DNA of 64,000 nucleotides from Bacillota bacterium (GCA_021791495.1 JAJYWN010000060.1:141591-205590); one strand, 5' to 3'; shown: positions 46,699-57,500, counted from the first letter of the stretch. Notes: generated by a model from the letters alone, not told the origin. Made by a program: numbers and translations.

Positions 46699-47586
46699 TT
46701 AGGCATATACGAGACAAATGACGGCAACGCCCCAGAGCAACAGGTTAGTTAGCAAAGGCCGGTCGGTGAGGATCGCTTCTTCAGGACTACCGCTCAGGTC
46801 GGTGCGATGCACGAGATAGAGATACCGGAAAAGCCCGTAGATCACGAACGGAATCGTCCACATCATGTTGTAGTTGTGGGTGGCGAAGAAGGTATACAGG
46901 GAATATGCCGTAATCGTGCTGCCGCTTAGGATGCTGAGGAACTGGTCAAGCAACTCGATGGAGTAGGAGTCCAGGACTTTACGGTGGTCACTGCCGGTTG
47001 TCAAGAGCTCTGTGCGCCGTTTGCCGAAGGCCAGGAAAAGAGAGAGAAGCAGCGTGCACACGAACAGCCAAGGGGAGATGGCAACGTTCACCGCTACGGC
47101 GCCTGCCCATGCGCGCATGATAAACCCGAACGCAACAATCATCGCATCTACAATGAAAACATGCTTCAGATGGAACGAGTAAGCCAGATTAACAAAAAAG
47201 TAGATTGCTGTGACGGCCGCAAAACGCCATGACAGAAAGGCCGCCAGAGGAACCCACACAACCGTCAAAAGAACGGCAAAGAGCAAAGCCACCCTAGGAC
47301 TGACGGCTCCTGAAGGAATCGGGCGCTTTCGCTTCTCCGGATGGAGCCGGTCCCGATCTGCATCCGCAATATCGTTGATCACGTAGACCGAGCTTGATAC
47401 GAGACAGAAGGCCAGAAAGCCCTGAAGACTGGGCGCCAGAGTCTGAAACAGAACGCCGGCGAACACCGGACCGGCAAGAAGGAACCCGTTCTTGATCCAT
47501 TGCTTCGGGCGCATTAGGCGCACTAACCCGAGCCAAGGATTGTGGAAGCGACTTATTGTGTCGGAAGTACCCTCAGGGTCGCACAC
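46699..47586 (-). CDS. Polyprenyl-phosphate phosphoribosyltransferase (UbiA family, DPPR synthase-like)
   Basis: RPKQWIKN, YVINDIAD...DRLHPEKRKRPIPSG, YS..LKH...D, LF.AFGKRR.EL, GLFRY, G.PEE. Confidence 0.92.
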   Translation of the reverse strand: MCDPEGTSDTISRFHNPWLGLVRLMRPKQWIKNGFLLAGPVFAGVLFQTLAPSLQGFLAFCLVSSSVYVINDIADADRDRLHPEKRKRPIPSGAVSPRVALLFAVLLTVVWVPLAAFLSWRFAAVTAIYFFVNLAYSFHLKHVFIVDAMIVAFGFIMRAWAGAVAVNVAISPWLFVCTLLLSLFLAFGKRRTELLTTGSDHRKVLDSYSIELLDQFLSILSGSTITAYSLYTFFATHNYNMMWTIPFVIYGLFRYLYLVHRTDLSGSPEEAILTDRPLLTNLLLWGVAVICLVYA

Positions 47587-47825
47587 CGAATCGCTGCCCC
47601 CTCAATGCCCATGGAGCAATAAGAAACTGGATGTGACGCCGGCAGCCATCTCATGAGACGGCAGTTCGGTCCCGACTCCTTTTCACCTTGCGCCTGGATT
47701 CCCCTTCAGGGTGATTCACAGGCCGGCAGACGGGTGGTGGGAAGGGATACGGTTGGAGGTCAGTTGAATCGGTTTGGCGCGCGGTCCAAACAAGTTTCGG
47801 ATGAGTCCGCGTCGAATACTCCGGT

Positions 47826-50420
47826 ATGAACGAAGACCGGTTGAAATCGGGTCCCCCCAACGGGTCAGGGCCTTTCTTTCGGGAACTCGCGGTTGCCGCG
47901 TCACTGACCGGCCTTACCATTGCCATTGCTCTGTGGCCCATCCTCTCGGCCCCCAACTCCTCGTACCCGGACACCGTGGACGCCCTGGGCCACATGGCCA
48001 AGATCAAGTACATCGCTGATTCGCTGCGGCAGTGGCACATCCCGTCCTGGTTCCCATACTGGTACTCGGGGTCGGCAGTGACCCAATACTACCCGCCGCT
48101 CTCCTACTGGCTCTTGATCCCCATCCAGTTGTTGTTCAGCAACGTGATGATCACGTTCAAGGCCTTTCTCTTCGCGTCAGTGTTCGTTGGCTCCATCGGG
48201 GTATGGTGCTTTAACTGGAGGTTTGTCGGGCCGCGCACCGGGGTAGTCGCCGCCGTCATATATGCGATCCAACCGTATCTTCTTCGCTCACTCGTCCTCC
48301 ACGGGCTGATCGCTCAGGGGCCGATCTACGCCCTTTCTCCCTGGCTCTTGGTCTTTACGATGCTTTTCCTTGAGCGCCCCGGATGGAAGCGTTGGTTGGC
48401 CGTGTGCGTCACCGTCATGCTTCTCGTGCTTTCCCACGCGATGCACGCTTTTCTCGTTGCCATTTTCACGGGACTCGTAGTCTTGGTCTTGTGCAGTCGA
48501 TGGAAAGCCGGCTTTCAGTACCTGGTGAGCTGGGCAGTGGCGGTGGCAGGGGGAGCGGGTCTGGCGGCCTTTTGGTGGGTGCCCGGAGTCACGCAACTGG
48601 ATACCCCTGGTATCCCGTTCCTTATGCCGGAAGTCGCCGAAACATTCACTGCCAATGTGTCCTGGTTTCTGCCGCAAGCACGCCGTGGTGGTGGCTTCTA
48701 CTTTAGCCTCTTGGTTCTTTTGCTCGCCGCGGCTGCCTTGTGGCCGAAGGTCTGGCCGAACAAAGACCGGCGATTGCTCATCGCTCTTGAGGTCTCTTCC
48801 GTCGGGAGCGTGGTGCTTTCTTTCGGCAAAGCGATTCCTCTTTTCCGGTTCATTCCAATGGCGTCCAGTCTTGTCCCCGGCCGCAGCCTAAGCTACGCGT
48901 CATTAGCGACCGCTCTCTTGTCGGCCGTCACCATCACCCAACTAGGCCTGGCCTCCAGGCGGACTGGAAATCGTCTTGCGGTGGGGTTCTTGGTCATTCT
49001 CGCGCTATGGGACCTGAACCCGTTCGCAATCGGCATGGCGACGGACCCGTATCTGAGCCTGCAAAAGAGCCTGGATGTCGTGTCCCCGGCAGAGAAGTCC
49101 TTCGACCGTGGAAGATTCACTTGGATCACCCCGGCCGGCTCCGAGATGACGTACTTCCCCATGATCCATAGCCTGAACATTGCCGAAGGCTGGAATATCG
49201 AAGGTACGCTACATAACCGTGCCATATGGCAACACAACATCGCCATAGCCGTCCAACAAGACGATTACGTGATCGATAACCTCCTGCAGTGGAACGTGCG
49301 TTCCCTGTTCGTGGATGAAGACTACCCTCAGCTCGTAACTGCCCTGAAGGCCCATGGCTTCCGGGAAGTGTCTAGGAACGGCATCACCGTCACCCTGGTC
49401 AGCCTCCGCCCCTCCACCTATTTCATGAAGGCTGACCGCGACGGAGTGGCCATCGGCGCGGCCGCCCGAAACCTGGTCATGTACTTCCCATGGCTTATCG
49501 AGGGCCGCTCGCCGACCTTGGAGGACTATGCCGACGCAGATCTGGCCGGCTTTCGTCTTATCTACCTGGCCGAGCCGAAGGTGAGGAATCCCCAAGCCTT
49601 CGAGGCCGCCCTCCGCAAGCTGGCGTTAGCCGGCAAGACCGTCATCGTCGAATACGGCCGCTCGCGGATCTGGTCGGTGCTGGGAACGTACGCGTATTGG
49701 GACAAGATCACCCAGGGAATCCTGGAGCCGGTCCCAGGCAGCCCTTTCAAGGCAACCGTCCCCTTGCAGCCTGACCCCTTGGGCCAGTCGCCCGTAGTGG
49801 CCGGGCTCGACGGCGTGTGGTACGAGGCCGAGATCGAAGACAGCGCTCTGCGTCCCGGTGTCGGCTACAAAACCGTCGAGAACGGTCGCGTCTTCTTCGT
49901 CAACGACGCCCTCAGCCAGTCGCTGGGCTCCCCCTACGGCAGCCCCATCAAGGAAGCGCTGGGCACCTTGATGGACCTGGTATCGCCCAATAAGGAACTG
50001 GCGCCCGCGCCCTTCCCCATCACCGGTGCCCAGTGGTCGTACAACGGGTGCACGTTCCATTACACCTCCGACAAACCCGACACCATCTGGGTATCCGTGA
50101 CCTACAGCTCCCGCTGGAAGGCCACGGTGGATGGCACCCAGATACCGGTGCGCAACCTGTCAAATCTCATCGCCCTGGATGTTCCACAAGGGGAGCATGA
50201 GGTGGTGCTGGAATACGGCATGAGTTGGGTAGCCTGGGCCGGCGTCGCTCTAAGCGGTTTCGCAGCCCTTCTGGTCCTTATGATCTGCGTCTACTTCGGG
50301 CGTCTCGGCGCCGGCGCCGACTCCGTTCAGAGGTGGTTCGACCGCTGGATCACGACCTGGGCCAACCGTGACGAACACGAGTCGCGGTCCCCCGTGGCTC
50401 GCAATGGAAAGAGGGGTTAG
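47826..50420 (+). CDS. PTPS-related membrane protein (GT-C-like glycosyltransferase) with YfhO-like C-terminal region
   Basis: YPDTVD..GH..K, WFPYWYSG...YYPPL, many TM helices, LSH, WWVP; YSSRWKATVDG...VPQGEHEVVLEY plus final TM. Confidence 0.75.
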   Translation: MNEDRLKSGPPNGSGPFFRELAVAASLTGLTIAIALWPILSAPNSSYPDTVDALGHMAKIKYIADSLRQWHIPSWFPYWYSGSAVTQYYPPLSYWLLIPIQLLFSNVMITFKAFLFASVFVGSIGVWCFNWRFVGPRTGVVAAVIYAIQPYLLRSLVLHGLIAQGPIYALSPWLLVFTMLFLERPGWKRWLAVCVTVMLLVLSHAMHAFLVAIFTGLVVLVLCSRWKAGFQYLVSWAVAVAGGAGLAAFWWVPGVTQLDTPGIPFLMPEVAETFTANVSWFLPQARRGGGFYFSLLVLLLAAAALWPKVWPNKDRRLLIALEVSSVGSVVLSFGKAIPLFRFIPMASSLVPGRSLSYASLATALLSAVTITQLGLASRRTGNRLAVGFLVILALWDLNPFAIGMATDPYLSLQKSLDVVSPAEKSFDRGRFTWITPAGSEMTYFPMIHSLNIAEGWNIEGTLHNRAIWQHNIAIAVQQDDYVIDNLLQWNVRSLFVDEDYPQLVTALKAHGFREVSRNGITVTLVSLRPSTYFMKADRDGVAIGAAARNLVMYFPWLIEGRSPTLEDYADADLAGFRLIYLAEPKVRNPQAFEAALRKLALAGKTVIVEYGRSRIWSVLGTYAYWDKITQGILEPVPGSPFKATVPLQPDPLGQSPVVAGLDGVWYEAEIEDSALRPGVGYKTVENGRVFFVNDALSQSLGSPYGSPIKEALGTLMDLVSPNKELAPAPFPITGAQWSYNGCTFHYTSDKPDTIWVSVTYSSRWKATVDGTQIPVRNLSNLIALDVPQGEHEVVLEYGMSWVAWAGVALSGFAALLVLMICVYFGRLGAGADSVQRWFDRWITTWANRDEHESRSPVARNGKRG

Positions 50421-50425
50421 TCTTC

Positions 50426-51238
50426 ATCGTAGTCCTAGTCCTGCCCATGTACAACGAAGAGGAATCCATCCCACTCCTCCGCGCCGACCTGGCGCGGGTC
50501 CAGGGTGTCTTAGTCTCCCACATCGTTGCTGTGGACGATGGCAGTACCGACCGAACCCTCGAACTCCTGGAGGAATGGGCCCTGGACGAGCCGCGCCTGC
50601 GCGTGGTCTCTTACCACCCCAACCGTGGCCTACCCGGCGCCATCCTGGCCGGGTTCCGCGAGGCGGTGGAACTGGGAGCGGGCACCGGAGCGGAGGCTCA
50701 CGGAGGCGAAGACGTCGTCGTCACCATGGACTCCGACGCCAGCCACCCCATCTCCTTGATCCCCGAAATGGTCAGGCGGCTCGCCGCCGGCGCAGACATC
50801 GTTATCGCCTCGCGCCATGCCCCTGGGGCTGCCCAGTTCGGCCTGGCCTGGTACCGTCAGGTGTTCAGCTGGGGCGCCTCGCTCCTCATGCGCCTAGCCT
50901 ATCCCCTGCGCGGCGTACGCGATTACTCGACGAACTACCGGGCCTACCGCGGCGCCCTTCTCCTTGAAGCCCTGAACCGCAGCCCCTCCGGCCGCCTGGC
51001 CGCGGCGCGAGACTTCTCCGGCGTCGTGGAGATGCTTCTCCGCCTGTGCAGCCTGGGCCCGAAGGTGGCAGAGGTGCCCCTGGAACTCCATTACGAACGG
51101 AAGAAATCGCCCAGCAAGGCACAAGTAACGCGGATGATCACCGGCTACTTCCGGCTGGCCCTGAAGAAGAAGACCCGCTCCGCGACGGGTGTGTGCCTTC
51201 CCCTCCTCGACGGGGAGGGTAGCAAGGCTGACAGATAG
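50426..51238 (+). CDS. GT2 polyprenol-phosphate glycosyltransferase (DPM1/ArnC-like); probable non-canonical ATC start
   Basis: VLPMYNEE, VDDGSTD.T, NRG, TMDSD.SH, IASR, D.STNYRAY; first ATG (50447) lies inside conserved strand 1. Confidence 0.85.
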   Translation: MVVLVLPMYNEEESIPLLRADLARVQGVLVSHIVAVDDGSTDRTLELLEEWALDEPRLRVVSYHPNRGLPGAILAGFREAVELGAGTGAEAHGGEDVVVTMDSDASHPISLIPEMVRRLAAGADIVIASRHAPGAAQFGLAWYRQVFSWGASLLMRLAYPLRGVRDYSTNYRAYRGALLLEALNRSPSGRLAAARDFSGVVEMLLRLCSLGPKVAEVPLELHYERKKSPSKAQVTRMITGYFRLALKKKTRSATGVCLPLLDGEGSKADR

Positions 51239-51272
51239 CGGGGTTGCCTGATAGCGTACCCGATAGCTGGAG

Positions 51273-51635
51273 CTACCTGATGGCGAGAATCACGCCTACC
51301 AAAATGAGTCCAATCCCCGCGACCCTGGCCAAACCCACCGTTTCACCAAGAAAGGCCCAGGAAAGAACCGGTACGAAGGCGTAGGATAGGGCGATCATGG
51401 GCTGGGCCCGTGACAGGTCCATCCGCGACAGAACACCCAGCCACAACATCATGCTGGAGGCGAACAGGACCACCCCGCCGATGATGGCGGGCTGTTGGGC
51501 CACCTTGAGGACGGTGGCCGCCCATTCGCCGCCCCCGTACCGTACGCCCCCCATCCGGTTAACGCCGATTTTCAGGAGAAACTGCCCCACACTCCCTAAA
51601 AGGACAGACAACAAAGCCGTGAGTAGCGCGCTCAT
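51273..51635 (-). CDS. Small DMT/EamA (ArnE/ArnF-like) lipid-linked-sugar flippase
   Basis: GQFLLK.G, W..VLSRMDLSRA.P...LSY, LGE.V...R.AG; 4 TM helices. Confidence 0.8.
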   Translation of the reverse strand: MSALLTALLSVLLGSVGQFLLKIGVNRMGGVRYGGGEWAATVLKVAQQPAIIGGVVLFASSMMLWLGVLSRMDLSRAQPMIALSYAFVPVLSWAFLGETVGLARVAGIGLILVGVILAIR

Positions 51636-51661
51636 TTGGTCCCCCAGTTGCCTCTTTCCGC

Positions 51662-53212
51662 TTATGCTCCGACTCGTCCTTTGGCGTGCCGCCCGCCGCT
51701 GCGGCCTGCGCGACCCGGAGCGGCACCCGCCGCCGTTCGGGCGGTCTCCGACGTCTCAGCCACTCTAGCAGGTCCGCGCTTCCGAGGTGCCTTGAAGAAG
51801 CCTCTTACCCCACCGACCAGCGAGGTGAAAGCCCGGGCCACTCGCTGCCCTTCATTCTCCGCCGACCAACTGGCCGGCTCGTTTAGGGCGTAGATCATGC
51901 CCGACAGGCGCGGCCACCACAGGACGAACCGGTAAATGGGCATGGCGAAGGGCAGGAACCACCACGACCATACTCTCACACCGTATTCCTTCATCAGAAA
52001 GCCCGCCACAGACACGAGAAAACCCAAGTCAATGAGGACATACAGGAAGTAAGTGATCCATAAGGCCAAGGCCACCAGCGGCAGCGAGTACCCCAGGAAG
52101 AACATGAACGGGATAAGGAAAGTCCAGGTCAGCCGCGGGAAGGAGAGCGTATGATCGCTCAGCAGCAGCCTGCCGACGAAATCCCCCAGCGCGAACGTCC
52201 CGTCCCGCCGGTAGTGCTTCGGATACAGCGAAAGCACCTCCAGCTCGCCCCGCTGCCACCTCAGGCGCTGCGCCAAGAACCGAGTCAGGCTGGAGGTCGG
52301 CTCCACGTAGGCCCGGGCGTCCGGAACACAGACCAGGCGCCACCGTCCTCCCATCAGGTTCCTTATGTCGAAACTGACCTTGGTGTCCTCTGACACTGTG
52401 GTGTCGTCATAGCGGTGGGTTCCCAGGAGCGCCTCCCGGCGGAAGACGGAAAATGCCCCGGACAGGGTGAACAAGGTGTTCCGCAGGGACTGCACCCGCC
52501 GCCCGATGCGGAAAGCGGACAGGTACTCCATGATCTCACAAGCGTTGACGATCTTCCACCACCACCGGGTCTCGGAAGGCACCAGGTCGACCATGATGGA
52601 CCCGCAGGCGCCACCGATCTTGTCGTCGGCGTCAAAAGCCTCCACCATCCGCTGGACGGCGTCGGGGGCCAGGCGGGTGTCGGCGTCCACAGTGAAGATC
52701 AGCGAACCGCGGGCCAGGTATGCCCCTGCGTTCAGGGCTTTCGACTTGCCCTTGGCGACCAGATCGATCCAGGTGACGTTTAGTTCCGCGCATTCCTGCT
52801 GTGCCCGCCCATACATCCGGGCGCTGTGGTCGCTGACTCCGTTCCCGATGCACAGGACCTCCATGGCCCGTGCCGGATAGGTCTGGGCCGACAAGGCCTT
52901 GAGGCAGCGGAGAAGCGATTCCTCCGCGTTATAGACGGGCACCACGATGCTGATGAACCTTGGGGGTGGAGTGCTGCGACGCCGCAGGCGTTCTTGCTCC
53001 AACTCCGCCTCGGCCGCGCCACTGATCGGGGCGGCGCCACCGGCCAGGGCGGCGCCCGGCTCGGCCTCTTCCTTCTTCGGAGCCGGCGCCCGGCTGGGCC
53101 GGCGCAGCATCAGGAGCAGATACGACAAGGCCGTCAGGCCATCCACGGCCATGGGGACCAGGGCCCAGATGGCCCAGAACAGGAGAAAGCGCACGATCGC
53201 ATCGCTCAGCAC
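51662..53212 (-). CDS. Exosortase G-associated processive GT2 glycosyltransferase (TIGR03111-like)
   Basis: FW..W..VP..., IVVPVYN, VDAD, EYLSAF, TLSGAFS.FR, SEDT, QRLRWQRGELEV, DHT.SFPR..W. Confidence 0.85.
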   Translation of the reverse strand: MLSDAIVRFLLFWAIWALVPMAVDGLTALSYLLLMLRRPSRAPAPKKEEAEPGAALAGGAAPISGAAEAELEQERLRRRSTPPPRFISIVVPVYNAEESLLRCLKALSAQTYPARAMEVLCIGNGVSDHSARMYGRAQQECAELNVTWIDLVAKGKSKALNAGAYLARGSLIFTVDADTRLAPDAVQRMVEAFDADDKIGGACGSIMVDLVPSETRWWWKIVNACEIMEYLSAFRIGRRVQSLRNTLFTLSGAFSVFRREALLGTHRYDDTTVSEDTKVSFDIRNLMGGRWRLVCVPDARAYVEPTSSLTRFLAQRLRWQRGELEVLSLYPKHYRRDGTFALGDFVGRLLLSDHTLSFPRLTWTFLIPFMFFLGYSLPLVALALWITYFLYVLIDLGFLVSVAGFLMKEYGVRVWSWWFLPFAMPIYRFVLWWPRLSGMIYALNEPASWSAENEGQRVARAFTSLVGGVRGFFKAPRKRGPARVAETSETARTAAGAAPGRAGRSGGRHAKGRVGA

Positions 53213-53216
53213 GCCG

Positions 53217-53807
53217 CTACTCCTCCAAGATCCGCTTGCGCAGAGTCTCCATGGTCGTCCGGGTGAAGGTATACCAGTATAAGTTGATCACCAGGGCGAA
53301 GAACACCGCCCGGCCCACAACCGTATGTGCCAGGTAGATCGCATCCTTGCCAAAATGCGAAATCATGGCTACGATGACCACGATCCGGACCACGTTGACG
53401 GCGAACGTGAAGAGCAGCCCAGCAGTCAGGTACCCCACCTTACTTATCAACGGCAGTCCCCGGTAGAACAGGACCAGACCGAGAAAGACGATGGACTCCA
53501 GGAGTCCCGAACACTCAATATCGATCTCCACCGCCGTCCACCCGGCTTTCTGGTAGACGATGAGTACCAGTAGTGTCCCGGGGGCGTTGAAGAAAACCCT
53601 GGTCGGAATACCTATCGCGTCACCGACATAGTGCGCCGCCACCGCGCCCGCCGTCTCGACCAGGGATTCCAACGCGGAACCCCGCACGAAGTAGACGAAG
53701 ATGAGAGTGAAGCCCACCGCCCCCACCACGTAGGACAAAAGCCAGGCCCTGGCCCGGCGGAGGAACAGGTAGACCGCCGCCCATAGGGCGATGGCAAGGT
53801 AAATCAT
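53217..53807 (-). CDS. xrtG: Exosortase family protein XrtG
   Basis: Catalytic-type Cys (IDIECSGLLE), Arg (NVVRI), His (AHTVVGR); short multi-TM protein; ATG overlaps upstream stop. Confidence 0.88.
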   Translation of the reverse strand: MIYLAIALWAAVYLFLRRARAWLLSYVVGAVGFTLIFVYFVRGSALESLVETAGAVAAHYVGDAIGIPTRVFFNAPGTLLVLIVYQKAGWTAVEIDIECSGLLESIVFLGLVLFYRGLPLISKVGYLTAGLLFTFAVNVVRIVVIVAMISHFGKDAIYLAHTVVGRAVFFALVINLYWYTFTRTTMETLRKRILEE

Positions 53808-54598
53808 GCCGCCCCACCCAGCCTTCGCCGGTGACGGGCGCGGCCCGCCGCCACCAAAGCCACCGCCAACCCCGCCAGTGCCGCCTGGGCCCACGGCGGA
53901 AGCGTCGGGATGGGGGCCCATTGGAGGTCGCCCTCGTCCGGAAGACGGTCGGCCCAGTCCTCTTCCACCATCTCCTCCCATTCCTCGAACGACGCCGGGA
54001 ACCGGCCGCCAAACTCACCCTCGGACAGGTGATTCTTGTCCGTGGCGAAGAGGACCATCCGGATGACGTACCCCGGCCCGGTCCCGATCTCATTGAAAGT
54101 CACATAGAACTCGGCCCGGCTCCCGCCGTCCTCGGCGCTTTCGCCCCAGCGACCCTGCCGTCGGCCCACCCGGACTTCTCCGCGCCAGACTTCCACCGTC
54201 ACCTGACCGCGCTCCTCAGACTTGTCGGGTTCATAGGTGATGTCCACGACGCGGTCATTGGCGTCGTCGAACCGGCCGTTATTGTCCGTGTCGATAAACA
54301 GGCAGTAGTAGACTTCCTTCTTCTGGTCCTGATGGTTCTCGGGCTCGTAGCGCTCGATCATGAAGTAGAGCCGGTCCTGGTTCGGGTTGTTCGCCCAGTA
54401 CAAGTTCTCCAGATCGTAGGTGTCGTGATGGGCGTCCCTTGGGTCTGCCAGGTGCGCCCGTCCCTCCCAGTCCTCAAAGGAGCCGTCCATCACGATGGAG
54501 CCGGCGGCGAAGGCGCGATTAGGCGCTGATGCCACGAGAAGCAGGAGCAGAGCCGCCAGAAGGGCTGCCGCTCTTCCCACGCGCCCTCTTCTTCCCAT
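53804..54598 (-). CDS. Secreted exosortase substrate with C-terminal IPTL-type sorting signal
   Basis: Signal peptide ending AFA; IVMDGSFEDW; FIDTDNNG; C-terminus IPTLPPW + hydrophobic helix + RARHRRR; ATG 54598 after GGAGGTG. Confidence 0.8.
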   Translation of the reverse strand: MGRRGRVGRAAALLAALLLLLVASAPNRAFAAGSIVMDGSFEDWEGRAHLADPRDAHHDTYDLENLYWANNPNQDRLYFMIERYEPENHQDQKKEVYYCLFIDTDNNGRFDDANDRVVDITYEPDKSEERGQVTVEVWRGEVRVGRRQGRWGESAEDGGSRAEFYVTFNEIGTGPGYVIRMVLFATDKNHLSEGEFGGRFPASFEEWEEMVEEDWADRLPDEGDLQWAPIPTLPPWAQAALAGLAVALVAAGRARHRRRLGGAA

Positions 54599-57500
54599 GC
54601 GCCACACCTCCCCTCGCGGACTGCGCACGCAGCAGCAGGAACGCCGCCAAGGCCAGGGTCACCGCGGAAATCAGCCCACCGGCCAGCATCTCGCGGGGCG
54701 GCTCCGGCTTTACGGAGATCGTGAAGCGCCCGGGAACGAGGGCCAAGGTCAAGAGGTGTTCCCGCTCCCGGGCCGGGACCGGGTCGCCGTTCGCTTCCAC
54801 GGTCAGGTTATTCCGGAAAGCTACGGGCACAGTCACCGCCCAGGAGGAGGTGTTCTCGGGGACTGTCAGACCGAAGGAGTAGCCGTGGGCCGTGGCCGAG
54901 TATCCGTCCAGAGGCAGCAGCTTGGACTCCGGAACGGCATCGGCTTTCAAGCCCAGCAGGTCGGACAAGAGAGCGGTGGCCACCGGATCACCGGTGAGGA
55001 AGGCGTGGAAAGGCAGGTTACCTCCCACGAAATACACGTCTTTTCCTCCGACATCCTTCGTGCCTATCAGAGCCGTCTTCTCACCCAGGTGCGAGAAGTA
55101 CAGGTCAGTGCGCGTCAAACTCTGGGGCGACAGACCTTTCCAGGGATCATAGGTCGGGTCGAAGGGCGCCAGGCGCAAAGGCTCTCCCCCCTGGTCGGTG
55201 CGGTACGCTACCAAGGGTTGGTACAGGTTCACCGGCTCGCCGGTCACGCCGAAGAGCGACGGCCGCCGCGACAAGGTGTCTTCCGGCAACCCTTGGAGGT
55301 CGACAATGAGCTTCCCGCCTCCCAAGGTATACTGGCGCAGGACCTCCTCAGCCTTCGCCTTATTCCGCCAGAGGGCTCCCGACACCACGACTGTCTTATA
55401 GCGGGCCAGCGTGGCCGGCGAGTAGGAATCGACAAACATATCCGAGCCCACTTCCAGGGCGGGGAAGACCATGGCCAGGTTGGACGCGTAGCGCCCGATG
55501 GCTAACCCCTGGTAACTGGAGAGAATGGCGTAGGGTCCGGTCGCGTCGGAGGCGAGGAGGATCACCTCGCTGGAACGCCACTTTTCGCGGTATCCGAGGA
55601 TCTCCGCCTCGGCCAGGAACTCGTCCAGACGCGGTGCCACCAAATCCCGTCGGACCACCAGGTGCGTGGCGCCAAGCTCCCGCAGTTCGTTGAACATAAA
55701 GGACCAACGGTGCTCCTTCAGCGCGCGGTTTACCCACACGATGTTCTGGGCCGTGGTCGCCCCTTGCCAGGCCCATCCGAACACTTGCTCCCGGCCGCCT
55801 TCCACGCCCACCAGGTATGCGGCAGTGGAGCCGAAACCGCTGAGGTCAAGGGTGGCTTCCCGCCAGCCGCTGCCGGCGGGAAGCTCGCGCACCGCCCGCT
55901 CCACCACGGTGGGTTTGGGCCGCGTCGAGATCAGCCTGAGGGTCGGGACGGCATCGAGGACCAAGAGGGCGATGAGGAGCAGGAGAATGTAGGCCGCCGC
56001 CTTGCGCCCTCCCAGAGGGCGCCCTGAGGTGGGCTGGAGCAAAGCGAGGTAGAACATGGCCGGCGCCGCGCTGGCCATGTAAATGGGCCAGAGCAGGTGA
56101 TGCAGAGGAAGGGAGTTGTACAAGGGGCGGAGGAGCGGCGTGGTGACGGCGACGGTCAAGATGCCGGTGACCAGCGCCGCCCGGCTGAGCCCTTGGCGCT
56201 GCTTCCAGGTGATCAGGACCCAGAGGGCCACGGGGACCAGGGCCAGCCCCCAATAGAAGATCTCGGGGTTCGTCAGGCGCAGGAACGGGTTGAAGCTTTC
56301 CGTGACCGGGAAATACTGGATGGACGAGGTGACCGCCGCGGCGTCGACCGAAACGATACCGGCGCGCAAGGCGGGGAGGAGCCACCAGGCCGACGCGGCG
56401 ATGCCCGCGAAAGTCACCGCGAGGCCGCGCCCGACGTCCCTGGCCCTCAGCCCCCCCACCACGGTCCACGCCGCGGCCAGGACCGTCTGGATGACGAAAA
56501 AGCCGGCGGCGATCATGGCGTGAGTGAGCACCAGGAGGGCATCGATCCCGATAAGGACAAAGGCTGAGCGGGGCCAGTCCTGTCTCTCCAACACGTTCAG
56601 GAAGAAGTGCAGCGCCACGGGGAAAAGGGCCGTGGCCAGGGCCCGGGGCAGGTTGCCCTCGGACATGGCCACCCGCACGTGGTCGGGCCAGATCATCCAG
56701 AGGCCGGCGGCGATGAGGGCGCCCTCAGAGCCAAGGCGCTTCCGGTGCGGCAGCCAACCCAGTGCCCCGATGACCGCGGCAACGGCCACGTAGGCTCCGC
56801 CGGCCCGGAAGGGGTCGGCCAGCACGGCCATGATGGCGGCCAAGACGTAATACGGCAGGGGCGCCCAGTAACGGAAGGGTTCCACGCCATTGTACCAGGC
56901 GGGGTTGAACAAGGGGAACAGGTTCCCCCGGGCGATTTCCTCTTTCAGGAACTTGGCTTTGGCGATGTGGGCCCAGGTATCCGATCCCCAGGGGTACTGC
57001 TCCGCCGCCGGAGGCCAGATGATCTTGTGGTATAGTACCGCCCCGATCAGGGCCAGGAAGGCCCCCCAGAGCAGACGGCGCCACCTCGGAACGGGCTTGT
57101 GCCGCTCCAGAGCGCGGGACGGGATGGACAGGGGGTCGTACTCCCCGGCCCCGGGTGGCATCAGGCGCATCAGTATCTTCCGTCGCCGGCGCGACGGGAA
57201 CTTTGAGCCGGCCAGGGCGGCGCCGACCAACCTGCCGTCGGCTTCGGCTCCCGCTCCGGTCCCCGGACCGGCACTGGCTTCGGTTTCCGCGTCAGACGGT
57301 GCGGAGGCCGGCGCGGCGCTCGATACGGGGAATGAAACCGGCGCTTGAGGCGCCGGCGGTATCTCCGGGCGCGTGATGCCGGTCCCCGTCGCTGCCGGCG
57401 GACCCTCGCCGGGCTGGTCGAAGTCGCTGGACGGACGCTGGCCCGGGCTGGGTGGCACCTCACCGTAAACCGGCCGGTCGGGAGGCTCTTCGCCCTGAAC

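Noticed and set aside
47590..47825. c-di-GMP riboswitch in the divergent region of the glycosylation locus
   Set aside because: No GEMM-type GGCAAA/GAAA/GCAAA pattern recognised on either strand; same for 58030-58160
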